From NCBI GenBank assembly GCA_046563655.1, contig JAJCTO010000014.1, positions 62,001-126,000 of the forward strand: a stretch of 64,000 nt of DNA, written 5' to 3'. The DNA comes from Yuukianura sp. NJ FZ-2021 (Eukaryota). This document shows positions 25,957-36,699 of this stretch, in pieces. The notes under the pieces were generated by a model. That model did no database searches, was not told the origin of the DNA, and saw only the letters and a program-made list of their open reading frames with translations. How positions within the stretch are numbered: the stretch's first letter is position 1; every line of letters starts with the position of its first letter. The translations under genes were made by a program, and so were the position numbers.

Positions 25957-27299
25957 GTTCTTCCTTAAGTCCACCACTGTACTCTGTCTCTTGAACTCTT
26001 AACGAAGAGATCAACTTGTCTATTTTTAGAAGTTGTTGGAAGGGGTACTTAGTAGCTTAATCTTCAAGATCTCCTGAACCTATCACATCTCTTAAGGTGT
26101 GGTCCAGTACTTGAGAATTCGCACACTTTGCTAATTTAACAGAGATGATTTGTTGCAGATCCTAATGAGAGATGAATGTTAATAGTCAGGATTCAGGAAC
26201 TTCTCTTTCCTTTCAAAAGAGGAGTTCAAGTCACTGAACTTTTGAACTCAAATCTCACCGTCTTTTTTAAATGTTAACTAAATCTAACTTTTCTAAAACT
26301 AACTCAAAGAATGTCAAAGAAAGTAACTTTCCCTGCCTGTCAATTCCCAAGTTTGAACACTTTTGGAAGAAACAACGAACGTTTTGTTTGGAAAGTGTGT
26401 GCTCGAGGCAAGGAGTCCAAGCCGACTGGAGATGAAGTTCCAAGTGACTCGGTCATAAAAGAATCTGAGTGTTGGAGGGAGCATCCGCAGATTACGTAAC
26501 ACTCAAACAACCCCTCCCCCCGTACCGGTTGTTCCGTTTTTTTCAAAAGTAAGTCTGAATTTCAAAGATTGAAACATTACGAACCTTCCGGTTGATGAGA
26601 GAGCGCAAGATGTACTAAAAACTTCAGACTTTTCTATTTTTGGAACTTGTAATTACGATATACTCAAACTGAAATTTTTTGGCCTAAGAGGTTTTTCATT
26701 TTTGCAATTTGGGTTTGGCCACGAATCATAAACTTTTACATTTTGTAAACAATTTTTTCCTTTTGGAATTAACTGCGCTCTAAAAATTGGCAATTAAAAA
26801 CACAGAATTTTATGGATAACTGGGGGAATTTACTTTACTTTTTAAAAAGAAACGGAGTAAAACGAAAAAAAAAAGAGGGGGAATGTGAAAATTGTGAGAG
26901 GAATGTTCACGTTGCTGCGTATTAGCACGTGACTGCTTATCGCTGATCAAAAAAGGGCGGGAAAAAACTCCGCATTGCTGAAAATGATTCAAAATCAATG
27001 AAAATTGAAAAGTTTAGTGTAAATTTACACAGACGCCTACAGTTTTGCAGACAAAAAGTGAAGTTGTGTAGAAACAAGGTAGGGCGATGCTCAAGGGTTG
27101 AGCATTGGTCTTCTGGAGGGAGTTGGCAATTGATACGGCTTTTAACCGGCTGTCCGCAAACGCGTTCAAGAACAACGTTAAGAAACCGTTTTCACGAGGT
27201 TTATGCAACGAAGCATCGCTCATAAGGTTCAGTGCAGATGTGGGGCCTTCTTGCGCACAATTGCACCAAAATGTGAAAAAAACCGTTTTCATAAAATTT

Positions 27300-29487
27300 T
27301 TTTTTATTTAAATTCCAAAGTTTTTTATTTAACAGAACTGAGAAAACTTACACCTGCCAGAGGCAGGTTGAGGTATTTAAAGAGGTTATTGAAAAAATGT
27401 TTAAATCATATAGATTTCGTAGAGTTCTTTTCCTGACGGTAAGGTTCCCAATATAGATGTGGCATTTCCTCTTTGGATGGCAAGGCTAATTCGTTGAAAG
27501 AGGAAGGCTGTTGCTCGATTGTCACCGGTGGCTTCTGAGAGGCGATGTCCAATGGAATTGAGTAGACGTCGGCCTTCTTCTCCGTAGACTCCAGTAGTCT
27601 CGACTGCAATGATGGAAACAATAAATCGATGGTCAAGGTCACGGTAGAGGTCATGCTTATGGATTTCGGCAATGGCAGCAGGATGACCAAGAACGGAAGA
27701 TGATGTTGCTAGGTAGGACGCAGCGAAGGTGTCACGGCAGGTAAAGTCCCAGGCAAGGGAGCGACCGGACTTCCAAGGAATGAGAGTAATTCCATCTGGT
27801 CGTTTTCCGTCAGTTCTGGAACAGCCAGAAGGTTCTTTAATGCAAGGTATTCCTGCGGTCCGAAGTGATCTTGCGATGATGTCGTTTACAGAACCATGTC
27901 TTGATTGTCTACCGGCGCTTCTGGTACAGCTTAGGCCATGTAGTCCATCACTCAGAACTGAAGTTCCACAGGGGCAGCGATGGGGTTGGCAGATTTCTGT
28001 TCCCAACCGAACTGAACAGGAAATTCGGAATTGTTCATCGGTTAGGAGAGTGCCCAGAGGAGAAGATGGAATAGCATTCAACCAGTCACCAGAGTGAGGG
28101 GCGCAACCAGCGAGCAAACGGGCTTTGTCGGTTTGAGTGGACGAGTTTTCGAGTAGAGAGGAGTAAATTTGTTTGAAAATCTGCTGTTCCCATTGCTTTT
28201 GAACTTTCCCGTCTTGAGGTGTTTCAAAACCCATTTCGGACCAATTGAGAGAAGCGATGTCCACTGAGGTGTCAAATGGCGATAGATGACTTGGAAGAAA
28301 GGCAGAGATGAGCTCGGCACAACTATGAACTGAAGCCAAAAACGAGAGAGTAGCACAGTTCGAAGCATGACGAACACCTAAGCCTCCTTGATTCACCGGC
28401 AATGAAGATTGACACCATGCCTCTTCAGTCAAACTTGAGTTGAGGATGGATTCCAGTACGGTGCGTAGAGCTAAATCATACTCTAAGAGAAGGTCCGTTT
28501 CCAGAAATGATGGAGAACATCTGAGGAAGTACAACAGTCTTGGGGTTGATATTGAGGCCCGAAGTAAGAAAAATGCTACATGGGCAGGCAGGGAGGAGAG
28601 TTTTGAAGATAGTGTTTTGAAGTCTTCAGTCTTCAACTTGAGAATGCGTCTTGAAGAATCTTTGAAGAGAGGGGCTCCCAAGAGTTCCGCTTGGTCTTTC
28701 TCAGGAAGGACAAGTTCAGGAGAAAGTGCTTTGAAGGCGCTGGAAATCAATTTTCTTTCATCGTTGTCAGCAGATAGAATAATTATTTCACACTTCTTCA
28801 TGTTGAGGTGTAGTCCAAATGATGGGGCATTTGATTGGATCGTTTTGAGATTCTCGAGAATTACATCTGGAGAGTCAGCCAGAGTGGCGTCATCCAAGTA
28901 CCAACAATTGAATTCGGTGGTTAAAGATGAGGCCAGTGGATGAATGGTTAAGGCAAAGAGTGCAGGTCCTAGGGGATCCCCCTGCTGGATGCCTAACTTT
29001 GATTTGATGCAGTTCTCATTGTAGAATAAGTCAGTTTCGATGGAATAAGCTTGAGACACGAAATTGAAGAAATCCGGGAGATGGAGTTTCACGGTGTTCA
29101 GCATCTCGTCTCTTCGGAGGAGATTGAAGGCATTAGTAAAGTCTAGTTTCACGAGAACTTTCGGCGATGAGTGATTGGCGTTGCAGTATATCCGGGCAGC
29201 ATGGGCGACGGCTTCGGCTCCGTTCTTGACGCCGACCCCTACTTGAATTGGGCTCAAGACGGACGTGATAATGTTCATCGAACGAGACAGGATCAGTTTC
29301 GATGCAAGGCGTCTCCACGTCAGGCCGATGGCGATTGGCCGGATTCCACCCTTTTTCTTTTGTATCGCAATTAGAGAAGCGCCAAAGAAGATTGGTCGTA
29401 TGTCGTCAGGCAGAGATCCATTGATGATGAGGTTGCACAGCTTAGAGATGGAAGAGAGAAGTGTTAAACCTGCATCGCCAGAAGATT
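27300..29487 (-). mobile_element. 5'-truncated CRE-type non-LTR retrotransposon (RT plus restriction-like endonuclease)
   Basis: Direct repeat TTTTCATAAAATTT at 27286-27299 and 29488-29501 (TSD); AATAAA/poly(A) on - strand at ~27297-27308; ~95-nt 3' UTR; ORF lacks the N-terminal region. Confidence 0.9.
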
Positions 29488-29494
29488 TTTTCAT
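27401..29494 (-). CDS. Reverse transcriptase - CCHC zinc knuckle - REL endonuclease ORF, 697 aa
   Basis: RT motifs GIRPIAIG, QVGVG, KLDFTNAFN, GIQQGDPLGP, WYLDD, LLGAP, GGLGVR; knuckle CPCG-x8-HGLSC; REL motifs RH..., RPDG, AWDFT, E..K. No stops or frameshifts. Confidence 0.93.
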   Translation of the reverse strand: MKKSSGDAGLTLLSSISKLCNLIINGSLPDDIRPIFFGASLIAIQKKKGGIRPIAIGLTWRRLASKLILSRSMNIITSVLSPIQVGVGVKNGAEAVAHAARIYCNANHSSPKVLVKLDFTNAFNLLRRDEMLNTVKLHLPDFFNFVSQAYSIETDLFYNENCIKSKLGIQQGDPLGPALFALTIHPLASSLTTEFNCWYLDDATLADSPDVILENLKTIQSNAPSFGLHLNMKKCEIIILSADNDERKLISSAFKALSPELVLPEKDQAELLGAPLFKDSSRRILKLKTEDFKTLSSKLSSLPAHVAFFLLRASISTPRLLYFLRCSPSFLETDLLLEYDLALRTVLESILNSSLTEEAWCQSSLPVNQGGLGVRHASNCATLSFLASVHSCAELISAFLPSHLSPFDTSVDIASLNWSEMGFETPQDGKVQKQWEQQIFKQIYSSLLENSSTQTDKARLLAGCAPHSGDWLNAIPSSPLGTLLTDEQFRISCSVRLGTEICQPHRCPCGTSVLSDGLHGLSCTRSAGRQSRHGSVNDIIARSLRTAGIPCIKEPSGCSRTDGKRPDGITLIPWKSGRSLAWDFTCRDTFAASYLATSSSVLGHPAAIAEIHKHDLYRDLDHRFIVSIIAVETTGVYGEEGRRLLNSIGHRLSEATGDNRATAFLFQRISLAIQRGNATSILGTLPSGKELYEIYMI

Positions 29495-30171
29495 AAAATT
29501 TCATAAAATTGTTGTGCAACTTGAGCTCTGAGCAGTTTTCATTCTCTTCAAAATTATTTTGATGCACAATGTTTTCACATCGAATGGTTCTCAAGTGTGC
29601 ACAAGATTAGAATGCCCTTAAATCTATTTATGTGAATGTACAAGTATTCGGATGTAATCACCATTCTAAAAGATGCACATAATGTATTGTCGATGTTGTC
29701 ATGGCAATGCTCAAGGTAGTTCTCAAACCTGCACAAACCTTCATTTGTGTGCATGATGCACAAAATTGAACGTTGAGTGGCAGGTGTCGAATATCGTTTC
29801 CTTAAAATCGAAATTATAGAAATGTCTAGTAAATGCAAATTTGACCCTTGTCATTCACAATTCACATAGTAACCATTTAAGCTGGATTTTCTACCCTCTG
29901 ATCAGTCTTAATTTAACAACGTAATTACACTAACTGCCAGAAAATGACCAGATCAAAACTTCGTTGTTAATAAATATTTTGAGTATAATTCAGACCTAAC
30001 ACAGAAATTTTGAGGACTTAAGAAACTGCAACGCGAAGCAGCCGCATACTTTGACGTTGTTAACTTAACACTTTGAGTGCAATGTAGAGGTAGAGAAAAC
30101 ACTTGAGCCATACATGACCCCCCGACTGCGATAGGGCTAATGTTTCAGCGCAAAAGATCCTAAAAAAGCGA

Positions 30172-30249
30172 ACGGACAGACAGACGGACAAAGTCGTATC
30201 AATAGTCTTCTTCAGCACGTCGTAGACGTGCGTCTCCAGAAGACTAAAA
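30172..30249 (-). mobile_element. Probable terminal fragment of a Helentron-associated (HINE/DINE-1-like) element
   Basis: On - strand: TTTT, then inverted repeat TAGTCTTCT...AGAAGACTA enclosing hairpin GCACGTC-3nt-GACGTGC, then GTCY microsatellite TGTCCGTCTGTCTGTCCGT. The other end was not found. Confidence 0.5.
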
Positions 30250-30856
30250 TGGCAACTTTTTTTTGGTCTTTGAATGGAATCGATTGATTTGTGGTGATAT
30301 TTGTGTTAGGATAAAAACTGCGACCGATAAAGAGAACTTCCAGAACAGTGCTAAAGGGTAAGCAAACAAAATGTTAGACGATACTGGAATTCAAGGTGTG
30401 AGAATACCGTCTTTCTTCTTCTGAAAAAATTGATACGCTTGCAACTAATCTCAAGTTTCAATTACTCACTCCACTCCAGTTACTCACGATTCTCATTATA
30501 AATGTAAACTGAAAAAAATATTCAAATACAAAGTAACTTCACTCTCATCATTCTCAAAAAAGAAGATTAACTTTCCAGTTTCAATTATTTGCTCAGACTT
30601 ATCTTTAAATTCACTTGAAAGTAAATCATCAGCAGTAGGTTAAGTGGAAACCGTACTTGAATACTTGAACTGTGTCTGTAAAAATGGAGCTATTTTAAGA
30701 GCGTGAAGCTTTGTATTAAAATTTTGCAATTTTGAATTTGGTATAAGTTTAGTACGTGAGGTTTAAAAAACATAACTTTGGAGTTAAAAGTTGTAGCTGC
30801 ATTGTTTCCGTTGTTTTGATTTTGTTTTTTGTTGCATGTCGGTGTAATTTTGGAAT

Positions 30857-32504
30857 TTAACGGATGACATGGAGTGGTACAGTGAGATTTTTAGAGAGAC
30901 GTGCGATCAGGTCGTCTCCCAATCCTGAGCTCACTTCCTTCCAAGAGTACTTGTCAATTAGCATGACCTGAAAATGAAATTTTCGAAATCGTTTGTCACT
31001 TTTTGAAAAAAACTGTTTTTCTTTTTAAATACGACGAGTAAGAAGTTGACATGAAACTTTTGTTACCTCTTCCAATGGTTGGCGAATTGAAACTAAAATG
31101 TTGAGACAAACTCCGTCGTGAGATGCTGCTGGAATGCCGTTGTACTCTACGCTCAGGATTCCATGGGGCCGATGTTGTGGCAAATCGGAACCAAATACTT
31201 CCTGGATATAAAAAAATTATATTATATTAAATCATTATTTTTATTATACATTAAGTTACTACTGAGCTAAATTCATGTCCTTTCTGCTGATCGATAAACT
31301 AGATTATTTCAATTTTATCCACTTACATTCATGTATTTTTTGAGAGTGGAGTGAAGGCTCTTCTGTGGATGGATTTCGCATAGAGGAAGGTGGACATGAT
31401 CCTTCTCTGATACCAACACGTGGACTCGATTACTGAAAATGTTTAAAATAGTTTGTGTAAACAAATTTTGAGAAGAGGAATTGTGTCAATTGAAGGTGAC
31501 CTTACTGATAATTAGTAATTGCAAATTGTCAGAAATTATACAAATAAACTTTGTAAACTAACGGAGTTACAATGTCACGTACTTGACCTTCTTCCGAATG
31601 ACAATGGCTAGACGCATGTACAGCTTGGTGTGACCGATCACAGCGGGCAGGAGTTTGGCATGCCAAGGTTCTGATTTTCGGTTGTGGTACTCCAAACCTG
31701 TTGAAAGGGAAAAATTAGCAACCTAAATTCTTTGAAGTAAATTGAGAGTTAGCACCTTTCTCGATTAGCGGTAAGACGTCACTGGCTCTTAGATTCAATT
31801 CACGAACATCTCGGACCCATTTGGCTTGGAGTGATTCACTGTCACCATCTGATATGGTTTTGAGTTGACCTCCAGTGACATTTCCCGTCATGACAAAGCG
31901 ATACCAAACTCCAGTGGCTGATTCAACCATCAGTAGCGTCGTTGGTTCAAAGGTCAATCCCGTTTCTTCTAAAACTTCTCGTTTCACAGCATCCTAAAAA
32001 TTTCAGTCGTAAAATTCTGTTTTTTTTTTTTCGAATTTTAAAAAGTCAAGAACAAGTTTTACGTTGATCGTTTCTCCAGGTTCCATCCTTCCAGCAGGCA
32101 AGTACCACCTTGAAAAGTTAAAATTAGAATTGGTGTAACTTTCATGTGCTTGGTGTAATAAATTACCAAAAACTTACTGCCCATAACAAATTTGTTTAGC
32201 TTCTTGCATCATTAGGACTTCTTTTTGGTCATTCACGAGTACTGCTGCCACAATATAAGTTACAGTTTTCTTTGTCGTTGGAACAAATTCCGTAGGTCCT
32301 GTTGCCGTAATTCCCTTCGATGCTGCAACCGACAAAAATGAAAACAATTCAAACTGAAATTGAAACACGCAAAGCAACCCAAAATGTGTCAAAGTTACCC
32401 AGTGCTTCACTCTGCGAGGTCAAGCTGAAGTCGCAGAATAGCGAGTCATCATCCAATCCACCTCCGTTTAGCAGCGTCCTCAGTTGATTCTCTGTGTTAT
32501 CCAT
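30857..32504 (-). CDS. NUDT18: Nudix hydrolase NUDT18-like (8-oxo-dGDP phosphatase), 7 coding exons
   Basis: MDNTENQLRTLL..., KTVTYIVAAVLVNDQKEVLMMQEAK, Nudix box [37 protein letters not shown]; GT-AG introns; TAA at 30857-30859. Confidence 0.9.
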
Positions 32505-33561
32505 GTCGTGTCTAAAGTTTTAGGCTTCCTCTGATAAAAATTTTGCTAACACCGATCAGCGTTTTCAAAATTCTCGGTGCTTGATATCCCTCTTAGTTCC
32601 GACTTGAGCTCGGACCCTAAAAAGAGATTCATTCTTAGAACATGAAATACTTACGTAGGCTGGTACTTAAAAATTAGCAAAGTAATAACTCGAACGACTG
32701 CAAAAACACCGTTAAATTACTTTTTTAAGTTTAAAGTCCTATTTGTTCTCTCACCTGTTGAATTGGCTTGATGTTTGAGTCAGTAACGGATTTGACTGAA
32801 GTGAACTTGAAGCTCACACCCACAGAGAGCATTTTGAGTATGAATCAAGAGGAACAAGTGGAGAATGAAGATACGAATCAGATGATGATAGGGAGACGAA
32901 CCTCTTCTGTAGAGGTGAGGTTAGGTTTTATGTCCAAGACGGGCCAAGCCCAAGTGGGAGTAAGATGAGATGGTCGTCCCAGAGGTCGCTGACCTTTGGT
33001 CACCTGGAACAACAGATCTAAAGCAAGTGAAAGTGAAGAGATGAAGATGAAGAAGATAACACTTAAAATTCCTTGCGGCTAATCTCTTTTCACCTGTCAA
33101 AACTCCATTCATTCACAAAAAATCTCAAGATTTGTTTACCTATTGAACCCATGTAAGGGTAATCCACACTACATACCAAAACAGTCAGATGCATAGCTGG
33201 GAATCATGTAAATATTTTTTAACATAATGTTTAATTTGAACAAAACAGTTTGAATTAACTGTAGAAATGATTTGAGCAATTACTTAATTAAAAGTAAACT
33301 AAAATAAAGTATTTCTCGTTAGTTAAAAGTCAAAACCCGGCGTAAATTTTAACTTGTACAACTATTTTTGTACAAATTTTGCGTAACTATGTCGCCATGA
33401 TTTGTAAAACGTGGGCGCCGTGGGTAGCTTTTACACTCGCAGCCACTTACATCTTTGAAGATAAGAATAATGCAAATTACATTATTACCAAAGCTTGATC
33501 TCTTGCGGTGCAAATCAGAACCCGGGCACTTGATCTCTTTTTTTTCTAGTCTACGGAGTAG

Positions 33562-33616
33562 GTTACATCATCCGTCACTTTTAGCCTGCTACACGTCACG
33601 TAAGCAAGTCACATGA
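33562..33616 (+). promoter_or_regulatory. Cluster of bZIP/bHLH-type motifs upstream of the first non-coding CTH exon
   Basis: GTTACATCA (reverse TGATGTAAC, C/EBP-ATF consensus TGATGNAAN) 33562-33570; ACGTCACGTAA ~33593; GTCACATGA 33608. Non-coding exon donors at ~33728 and ~34097. Confidence 0.45.
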
Positions 33617-34189
33617 GACACCTCGACAGCTGTCGACCTTCGTAGTAGCTTAGTTCTGTTTCATTTTTATTCAAGGCTAATCGTAATCGTGCTTAGCGGT
33701 GGAGGGGCAAGGACTAAAAAGACGTAGGTAAGTAAATCAAGTGACACGCTGTGATTTGATTACTCTCCTCAAAACCTCAGCTAAAGTGTCGTTCTCAGTT
33801 TGTCACCAACTGAAGTGGAGTCTAAACTTTCAAAATTAGCTAGAAGGTTATGGTTAAGCTATTTTTTAGTGTCAAGTATTTATCAGTTTGACCTTGCCAT
33901 TTAGAAAAAGATGACGACATGGGGCTTTTACAAAAATGGATAATGGATTCCTATTCCATGTTAAATATGTTCACTTCACTTCTTGAGCTTTCACTTTCTT
34001 TCCAGATTTAGACTCAGGACACGACGGACGGACGTTGCTCTGCTTCAAAAAGTTTCCAGTATTATTGAACTTGTGTATTTTGGGGAAAAGAAGAAGGTAA
34101 GGAGGAAAATACCCAACTAAAGTTCATTTACTTTAGCCTTGAAAGTGTAATTTAAAAAGGATTGCTTTTTTGGAATTTTTGTTTTTTAG

Positions 34190-35903
34190 ATGATGAACGG
34201 AACAGCAAACGGAGTGGCCAACGGAGAGCACAATAGTGGCTGGAAAGCTGTGAGCAAGAATTTTGCAACCGCAGCGATCCATGCTGGTTACAAACCAAAA
34301 GATTTCAGTCACGCACCCGTAGTTCCTGCAATTACGCTTTCAACCACATTTGTTCAAGATGAACCTGCAAAGCATCGAGTAAGTACTCCAAAAAATGAAA
34401 AAAGTCAAAATTTTTATCAAAATTGTTAAATTTGGATTTTTTTTTCAAGGGCTACGACTACACTCGAAGTGGAAATCCATCAAGACAAGTTTTGGAAGAA
34501 ACGTTGGCAGCTCTGGATAAAGCTAAATTCGGTAACTATCATCCCTTACAGTTAAAGTACGTTCTACCGAATGACTCTTGTGTCCTCAACGTTATCTCTT
34601 TTCTCGTGTAGCAACTTGCTTCGGGTCAGGTCTCGCAGCTTGTTCCGCAATTGTCCAGTTGATGACGTCCGGAGATCATATCGTTTGCATAGATGACGTC
34701 TACGGTGGAACTGGAAGACTCTTTCGACAATTGGGCAAGACCAACGGCTTTGGTGCCGACTTCGTTGACTTTGCTAACCCTGAGGAGCTGCGGGCCGCTC
34801 TCACGCCAAGCACCAAGGTAAAAGAAAGATAAAGCAAGTTTCGTTTTGCTGACTCCAGAGTCAAAGGCTACGAAGCGTGTCGTTCATTTAATATTTATCA
34901 GTGAATTTCATATGCTTATGATTTTTGCTTTGCTTCAGGTCGTTTGGGCAGAGACACCCACCAATCCAACCTTGAAACTCGTTGACATTGCCAAAGTTTC
35001 TGAAATTGCTCATTCATATAACAAGGATATCATTGTGGTCGTGGACAACACGTTCCTCACACCATTCTACCAGGTACACAGTGCTATTTTTTTTTTAAAA
35101 CAAAATCGTAGAATTGTTCAATGTTCTACGTTTTGATTTCGAACATCTCACAGCAACCGTTGGAGCTAGGAGCTGATTTGGTCGTCTACAGCCTTACAAA
35201 GTACATGAATGGACATTCCGATGTGTTGATGGGAGCCATTGTCACCAACAACGAAGAACTTGATAAACGAATTTCCTTTCTTCAATATGGTACACCATTT
35301 TCTCAAATTTTTTTTAAAAAACGTTTTCAGAAACAGAAGTATAAAGTTTTTTTTCTGCACAGCAATCGGAGCAGTTCCGTCTCCATTTGACTGCTTCTTG
35401 GTCAATCGTAGTTTGAAGACTCTTCACGTCCGAATGCCTTTACACATGAGCAACGCCTTGGCTGTTGGGAAGTTTCTGGAAAAGCACCCCAAGGTATCCA
35501 AAGTTCTTCATCCAGGACTTCCGTCTCACCCGCAACATGCTCTTGCTCTGAAACAATGTTCTGGACACTCTGGACTTCTTTCATTCTACATCAAAGAAGG
35601 CGCTGGAGATCCAAACAAGTTCCTACAAGAACTCCAAATCTTTTCTCTCGCTGAAAGTCTTGGTGGATATGAAAGTTTGGCAGAAGTACCGTAAGTTTCC
35701 AAATATTAGAACCAGATATTTTAAAATTATACCCAGCCTGAATTTTCTGTCGTTTCCTTAGGGCTTCAATGACTCATGCCTCTCTTCCGCCGGAAATGCG
35801 CCAAAAACTGGGAATTACTGACAACTTCATTCGGGTCTCAGTTGGATTGGAGAGTGAAGAAGATCTGTTGGCAGATTTGGCTCAAGCACTAGACAAGTGC
35901 TGA
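34190..35903 (+). CDS. CTH: Cystathionine gamma-lyase, 7 coding exons
   Basis: [51 protein letters not shown]-lysine motif [33 protein letters not shown] 35901-35903. Confidence 0.96.
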
Positions 35904-36180
35904 AATGCCACAAACCAAAAAACCGCAAAACCGGATCGCATCTCGCATCCTCAAAACCAAAAAAAAAGTTTCCAAAGATTTTAGTTTCCCAGAAACTGTT
36001 GCAATTCAGTTCTTGTCCCTTCCACTGCTTTCAAAATCTTTCCTCAACGAATCTAAAAAATGGTTCCAAAAAGTTCAAAATCTTGGGAAATGATTCTAAT
36101 TCTTTCAACGTAACTATGAATGCCTTTACGCAAAGCGTGTTTCGGTTATCCTCAAATTCTAAAAATAAGTACGTTAGCAT

Positions 36181-36699
36181 CAGGGCTGGTCTTTTTAGCG
36201 CTAAAAAAGAATAGCTTAGCAATTTTAGCGAAAGTGCTAAAAACCCAGCTATTTATGCTAAAAACAATGTATCCTTATGGAGATCGGGCGCGAAGTTCGC
36301 AATCAGAACGCTAAGCGACAATTCGGTGCACACAAAACCTTAGATTTCCTTGGAAAGAGAACTACGCAGAGCTTCTAAAATATTTAGCGAATTAATTCAT
36401 CATAAATTAACAAATAACATAGAGCAAAAAGAATATAATAATAAAAAATAATTAATAAGATTAATTTCCTAAAGCAATTAATTCTTACACCACAATAACT
36501 ATGAGAAATATTTCAGTCATTAACAAAATCAATTGCATCAAACCTGTTTTATTTTTACTGTTTTTTCAAAAAAAAATATGCTTTTCAAAAAACTTTTTAA
36601 ATTTCGCAGTGAACTTAGCATCGCAGCCGTTTTAGCTTAGCATAAATAGCAATAGTAGCTCGCGCTAAAAATGCTAACGCTAAATGCGAACCAGCCCTG
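36181..36699. mobile_element. hAT-type MITE, 519 bp
   Basis: TIR CAGGGCTGGT (36181) / ACCAGCCCTG (36690-36699); perfect 8-bp TSD GTTAGCAT (36173-36180 and 36700-36707); subterminal TTAGC/GCTAA repeats; no transposase. Confidence 0.9.

Noticed and set aside
27729..29531. Plus-strand ORFs of 67-167 aa
   Set aside because: Antisense shadows of the retrotransposon ORF.
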